Positions 60,619 to 64,000 of a stretch of DNA of 64,000 bases are shown piece after piece (the first letter of the stretch is position 1; every line of letters starts with the position of its first letter). Origin of the DNA: an uncultured Verrucomicrobiota bacterium (GTDB lineage: Bacteria; Verrucomicrobiota; Kiritimatiellia; JAAZAB01); NCBI GenBank assembly GCA_964486075.1, contig CAZALU010000001.1, positions 207 to 64,206 of the forward strand, read 5' to 3'. The translations under genes were made by a program, and so were the position numbers. Below the pieces are notes generated by a model. It had not been told where the DNA came from. It did not search any database and was given only the letters and a program-made list of their open reading frames with translations.

Positions 60619-60857
60619 ACCTGAATTTTGCGCCGAGCCGGCGCAAAATTCACCAAAGGGCCGCCACGTGAGTCACGCTTCACGGGTCAACGCGGTCACA
60701 TGATGATGGCCGCGTAAAACGCGGTCAAACGGGGTTAACCACATTAGTTGCGATAATAATCCAACGGGTTATTATTGAAACTTAACGTCTTTCGCCAGCT
60801 GGCAATGCTTGCTTAGGAGAAAGTGAATATTGCACGATGATCGTGCAATATTCAGGT
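60619..60857. mobile_element. 239-bp multi-hairpin MITE-like element, copy 2
   Basis: Same termini and hairpin series as 53102-53341; no target duplication visible. Confidence 0.7.
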
Positions 60858-61592
60858 GTGATCCAAATCCACGATCAGCCGCAGGGCCTGGTGCGCCGCC
60901 AGCAGGCCGAAGAGGCCGGTCATGTACGGCAGGCTGCCGATCGGCCGGTGCGGGCGGCCCTTGACGAACGTGTCCGGCTCCTCTGTCCCGACCGGTGCCG
61001 CCTTGTTCCGGGCCGGCTCCAGCGAGTAGATGCAGGTCACGCCCCGCTCGATGCCGTGCCGGCGCAGTTTCTTGCGGATGAACCGGGCCAGTGGGCAGAT
61101 CTCAGTCTCGGAAATGTCGCCTACGCGCACCGCCAGCGGATCCGTGCGCGTCGCCGCGCCCATGCTGGCGATGACTTTCAGTCCACCCCGCACGGCCGTC
61201 GCGATCAGCGCGACCTTGGGCGAGACGCTGTCAATGGCGTCGATGACCACGTCCAGGGGGCCGGTTAGCAAGGCTGTTGCGTTGGCTTCCTCGATAAACA
61301 CCTGGTGGGTTTCCACCCGGCAGGCAGGGTTGATGTCCAGCACCCGCGCCCGGGCGACATCGGTCTTCGGCCGGTTGAGGGTGGACTCCAGGGCGTAGAG
61401 CTGGCGGTTGAAGTTGCTCGGGTGGATGGTGTCGCAATCCACCAGGCGCAGGTAGCCGACGCCGGCGCGGGCCATGGCCTCAACGGCATAGGAGCCGACC
61501 GCGCCCAGGCCGAACACGGCCACGCGGGCGGCGGCCAGCTTCGCCAGCGCTTCGCGGCCCAGCAGTTGCTCAATGCGGCAAAATCGGTTCAT
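60852..61592 (-). CDS. tcdA: tRNA threonylcarbamoyladenosine dehydratase (ThiF/TcdA family)
   Basis: VFGLGAVGS, VDCDTIHPSNFNRQ, DAIDS, SMGAA, PLARFIRKKLR, YSLE, GSLPYMTG. Confidence 0.88.
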   Translation of the reverse strand: MNRFCRIEQLLGREALAKLAAARVAVFGLGAVGSYAVEAMARAGVGYLRLVDCDTIHPSNFNRQLYALESTLNRPKTDVARARVLDINPACRVETHQVFIEEANATALLTGPLDVVIDAIDSVSPKVALIATAVRGGLKVIASMGAATRTDPLAVRVGDISETEICPLARFIRKKLRRHGIERGVTCIYSLEPARNKAAPVGTEEPDTFVKGRPHRPIGSLPYMTGLFGLLAAHQALRLIVDLDHT

Positions 61593-61628
61593 AAATTAGG
61601 CTCCGCTGCGGAGTGACTTTATTCCAAG

Positions 61629-61695
61629 GTAGGGCGAATCCTCCGGGTGAGCCGTTCAGCATCAGACGACTCGGACGGAGGCCTCGCCCCACCTT
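61629..61695. repeat. REP-like palindrome
   Basis: GGTAGGGCGAATCCTCC...GGAGGCCTCGCCCCACC fold-back. Confidence 0.55.
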
Positions 61696-61967
61696 TTTGA
61701 AATTTATTAGCATTAAATTAGGCGCTCCGATTCGGATCGGGGCGCGACTCTTACTATAGGCGACATCGACCTGCCTACAACGCTTTGCGTAGCAATGCGG
61801 GCAGGTGATGTCGGTCTTCGTTGGTCAATACCGTGACCATCGGGCCTACTCCGTCGTAGCAAAGCTCCTGGCTGCGAAGGCTGGATCGCGGCTACAAAAG
61901 CTGAACCGCCGATCATTGAATCAAATCCGGCGGGCAATCCCGCGGACCGGACGTGCCCGCCCTATAA

Positions 61968-62753
61968 TCATTCCGGGTCTTGCGTTTCGATATTTTTCAA
62001 CAATCGGCAGGCGTTAGCATAGGTCTGTTCCGCCAACTTTGCCACGGAAATGTTCCGCAGCCGGGCAACAGCTTCCGCCACCAGGACCAGGTTTGCCGGC
62101 TCGTTGACCGCGCTCGCCGCGCCCACCGGCGCCAGGTCGGGGCTGTCGGTCTCGATCAGCAGGCGTTCCTGAGAAACCGCCATCACCGCGCGATGACCCC
62201 GCTTGTTGCCCGAGCGGGTAATCGTTCCGCTGAATGAAAGGTAAAACCCCAGCGCTTGCAGTTCGTCCACCAGTTCCGGCGGCCCGGAATAGGAGTGAAT
62301 AATTCCGCCGACCACCAACCCATCTTCCGCTTTCAGCAGTTCCAGCAGGCGGCCCCAGGCTTTCCGGCAATGAACGCTAACCGGCCGCCCCAGCTTCCGC
62401 GCCAGGCGCAGCTGGGCCAGGAACACCTCATCCTGCTCCGCGTCGCGGCGTTCCGCGAGCGCATGATCGAGTCCGATTTCCCCGACGCCGGACGGGGCCT
62501 CGCCCAGATATTTCTCCAGCACGTCCAGCCACTTCGCGCCGCGTCCTTCCAGGTACCAGGGATGGAGGCCGAAGCAAGGAATGATTTCCGGATGCGCCGC
62601 CGCCAATTTACGCACCGCCGCCCAGTCGCCCTCCTGCGTTCCGCAGCACAGCATGTGGCAAACGCCGGCAGTGCCGGCCCGCTCCAGCACCTGCGGCAAC
62701 CGCGGCAACAAACGTTCATCCTGTAAATGACAATGGGAATCGAAGAGTTGCAT
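61968..62753 (-). CDS. tatD: TatD family hydrolase
   Basis: DSHCHL, GLHPW, GEIGLD, VSVHCR, IIHSYSG, LIETDSP, NEPANL. Confidence 0.93.
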   Translation of the reverse strand: MQLFDSHCHLQDERLLPRLPQVLERAGTAGVCHMLCCGTQEGDWAAVRKLAAAHPEIIPCFGLHPWYLEGRGAKWLDVLEKYLGEAPSGVGEIGLDHALAERRDAEQDEVFLAQLRLARKLGRPVSVHCRKAWGRLLELLKAEDGLVVGGIIHSYSGPPELVDELQALGFYLSFSGTITRSGNKRGHRAVMAVSQERLLIETDSPDLAPVGAASAVNEPANLVLVAEAVARLRNISVAKLAEQTYANACRLLKNIETQDPE

Positions 62754-62904
62754 AATGCCGGCCAGCATCCTAGCCGCTTCCACAAAAACTAACAATTATA
62801 AATGAAATTATCTGGACGATGTGTGCGCAATGATTGTTTCTTGCCTCGCGGGCGGTAAACCGACTACATTAAGGCGCTGGTAATTAACGTTCCGGGAGAA
62901 AAAT

Positions 62905-63792
62905 ATGAAAACATGTTTATTTTCAGTCAGCTATGCCGGTTTGTGGGGACAGGACAGATTGAGGCTTGAGGATTTTATCCCCAAGGCCGCCGCGCTGGGG
63001 TACACCGGGATCGAAATTATGTGCAAGAAGCCGCATCTCTATCCCTTCAACGCTCCACCGGAATCGGTCGAGCGCCTGCGGGAATTGATCGCCAAAAGCG
63101 GCCTGGAAGTGGCCTGCCTGGCCGCCTATACCAATTTTACGGCAGGCAGCGAATCCCGGGAGGTGCCGTTTGTCGATCTGCAGGTGTCGTATGTACGGAG
63201 CATCGGAGCAATCGCCCAGGCGCTGGGCACAAAACTGGTGCGGATTTTCACCGGATACGACAACACTCACGAGCCGTTCGGGATTCAATGGCAGAACTGC
63301 GTCAAGGCGGTCCAGGAGTGCTGTGATGCCGTCCGGGAGTATGAGGTGACCATCGGCATCCAGAATCATCATGATATCGCCGTGGACACCAAAAGCCTGC
63401 TCGAATTTTATTACGAGGTCAACCGGCAGAATCTCGGGCTCATGGTGGATGCGTGGTCAATGCATTTGCGTGGCGAGGACCTGCGGAAATCACTTGCCCT
63501 AGTGAAGGACAAAATCGTTTTCTCCACGGTGGCCGATTACGTGGTTTTAAAGCGACATCGCTATCATCCCGGCTTGGTGGCTTACGAGAAGCTGGAGCCG
63601 TCACTGGTGAAGGCGGTGCCGATGGGCACGGGCGAAGTGGATTACCCTTCCTATTTTGCGGCGCTTCGGGAGATCGGTTATAATGGCTGGGTTAGTTATG
63701 AAACCTGTTCGCCGCTTCGGGGCGGCGGGGCCATCGCCAATCTTGACCGCTATGCCGGGCAGTTCCTCGCCTACATGAAAAACATTCGTTAG
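62905..63792 (+). CDS. Sugar phosphate isomerase/epimerase (AP endonuclease 2 TIM barrel)
   Basis: GYTGIEI, IGIQNH, GLMVDAW, VPMGTGEVDY, GWVSYE. Confidence 0.85.
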   Translation: MKTCLFSVSYAGLWGQDRLRLEDFIPKAAALGYTGIEIMCKKPHLYPFNAPPESVERLRELIAKSGLEVACLAAYTNFTAGSESREVPFVDLQVSYVRSIGAIAQALGTKLVRIFTGYDNTHEPFGIQWQNCVKAVQECCDAVREYEVTIGIQNHHDIAVDTKSLLEFYYEVNRQNLGLMVDAWSMHLRGEDLRKSLALVKDKIVFSTVADYVVLKRHRYHPGLVAYEKLEPSLVKAVPMGTGEVDYPSYFAALREIGYNGWVSYETCSPLRGGGAIANLDRYAGQFLAYMKNIR

Positions 63793-63818
63793 CTTACGGT
63801 GGTGAGCCGCAGCGGTGA

Positions 63819-64000
63819 TCAGGAACCCGTGTTCATTCCGCCCCGGGACAATCCGGTTTCCGGGTTAAGCTGGTTATCAATTACCACCGCCGCGTTGCGC
63901 TGCAGGCGCTGCAATCCTAGCCGGTGCACGGCGGTACCGGCGAACCGGCGCTCGAAATCCGTCTCCGTCATTGCCAGGCAGGCTTCCGGCGTGGGCAGGG
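63819..64000 (-). CDS. queG: 3' end of probable epoxyqueuosine reductase (partial)
   Basis: Manual translation LPTPEACLAMTETDFERRFAGTAVHRLGLQRLQRNAAVV resembles the QueG C-terminus; gene runs off the window. Confidence 0.6.
   Translation of the reverse strand, partial: LPTPEACLAMTETDFERRFAGTAVHRLGLQRLQRNAAVVIDNQLNPETGLSRGGMNTGS

Noticed and set aside
1-64000. tRNA, rRNA and CRISPR arrays
   Set aside because: No cloverleaf, rRNA signature or repeat-spacer array recognised by eye

Overview
Moderately GC-rich bacterial chromosomal window, probably from an anaerobic diderm of the PVC group (Kiritimatiellota/Lentisphaerae-like; inferred from LpxI, class I Hcp, BatD and secreted proteins with C-terminal DYDGDGK repeats). 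Contents in order: a secreted hypothetical, batD/batE-like genes and a TetR-regulated ABC/TolC efflux operon. Then a patchy accessory stretch with an AbiE toxin-antitoxin pair, a truncated GHMP kinase, an RHS remnant with an orphan lipoprotein, a repeat-tailed serine hydrolase and a frameshifted DUF4338-ISAs1 transposase. Then mnmG/mnmE with two perfect parS palindromes inside mnmG (suggesting the window is near the origin), bioB, pip and feoAB. A cobalamin riboswitch heads a cluster of Ig-stalk and beta-propeller surface proteins followed by a DUF1638-hydantoinase/ASKHA fusion. Next come a NikR-adjacent TonB receptor/ECF/methyltransferase operon, dsrE-fprA-hcp, and housekeeping genes (lpxI, nadK, tlyA, terC, hppA, apt, tcdA, tatD, queG 3' end). 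Two copies of a ~240-bp multi-hairpin element with terminal inverted repeats and several REP-like palindromes occur between genes. No tRNA, rRNA or CRISPR array was recognised. The best candidates for an undescribed system are the B12-riboswitch surface-protein cluster, the 240-bp structured element and the NikR-linked TBDR-ECF-methyltransferase operon. All homology calls are from motif recognition by eye, not database searches.
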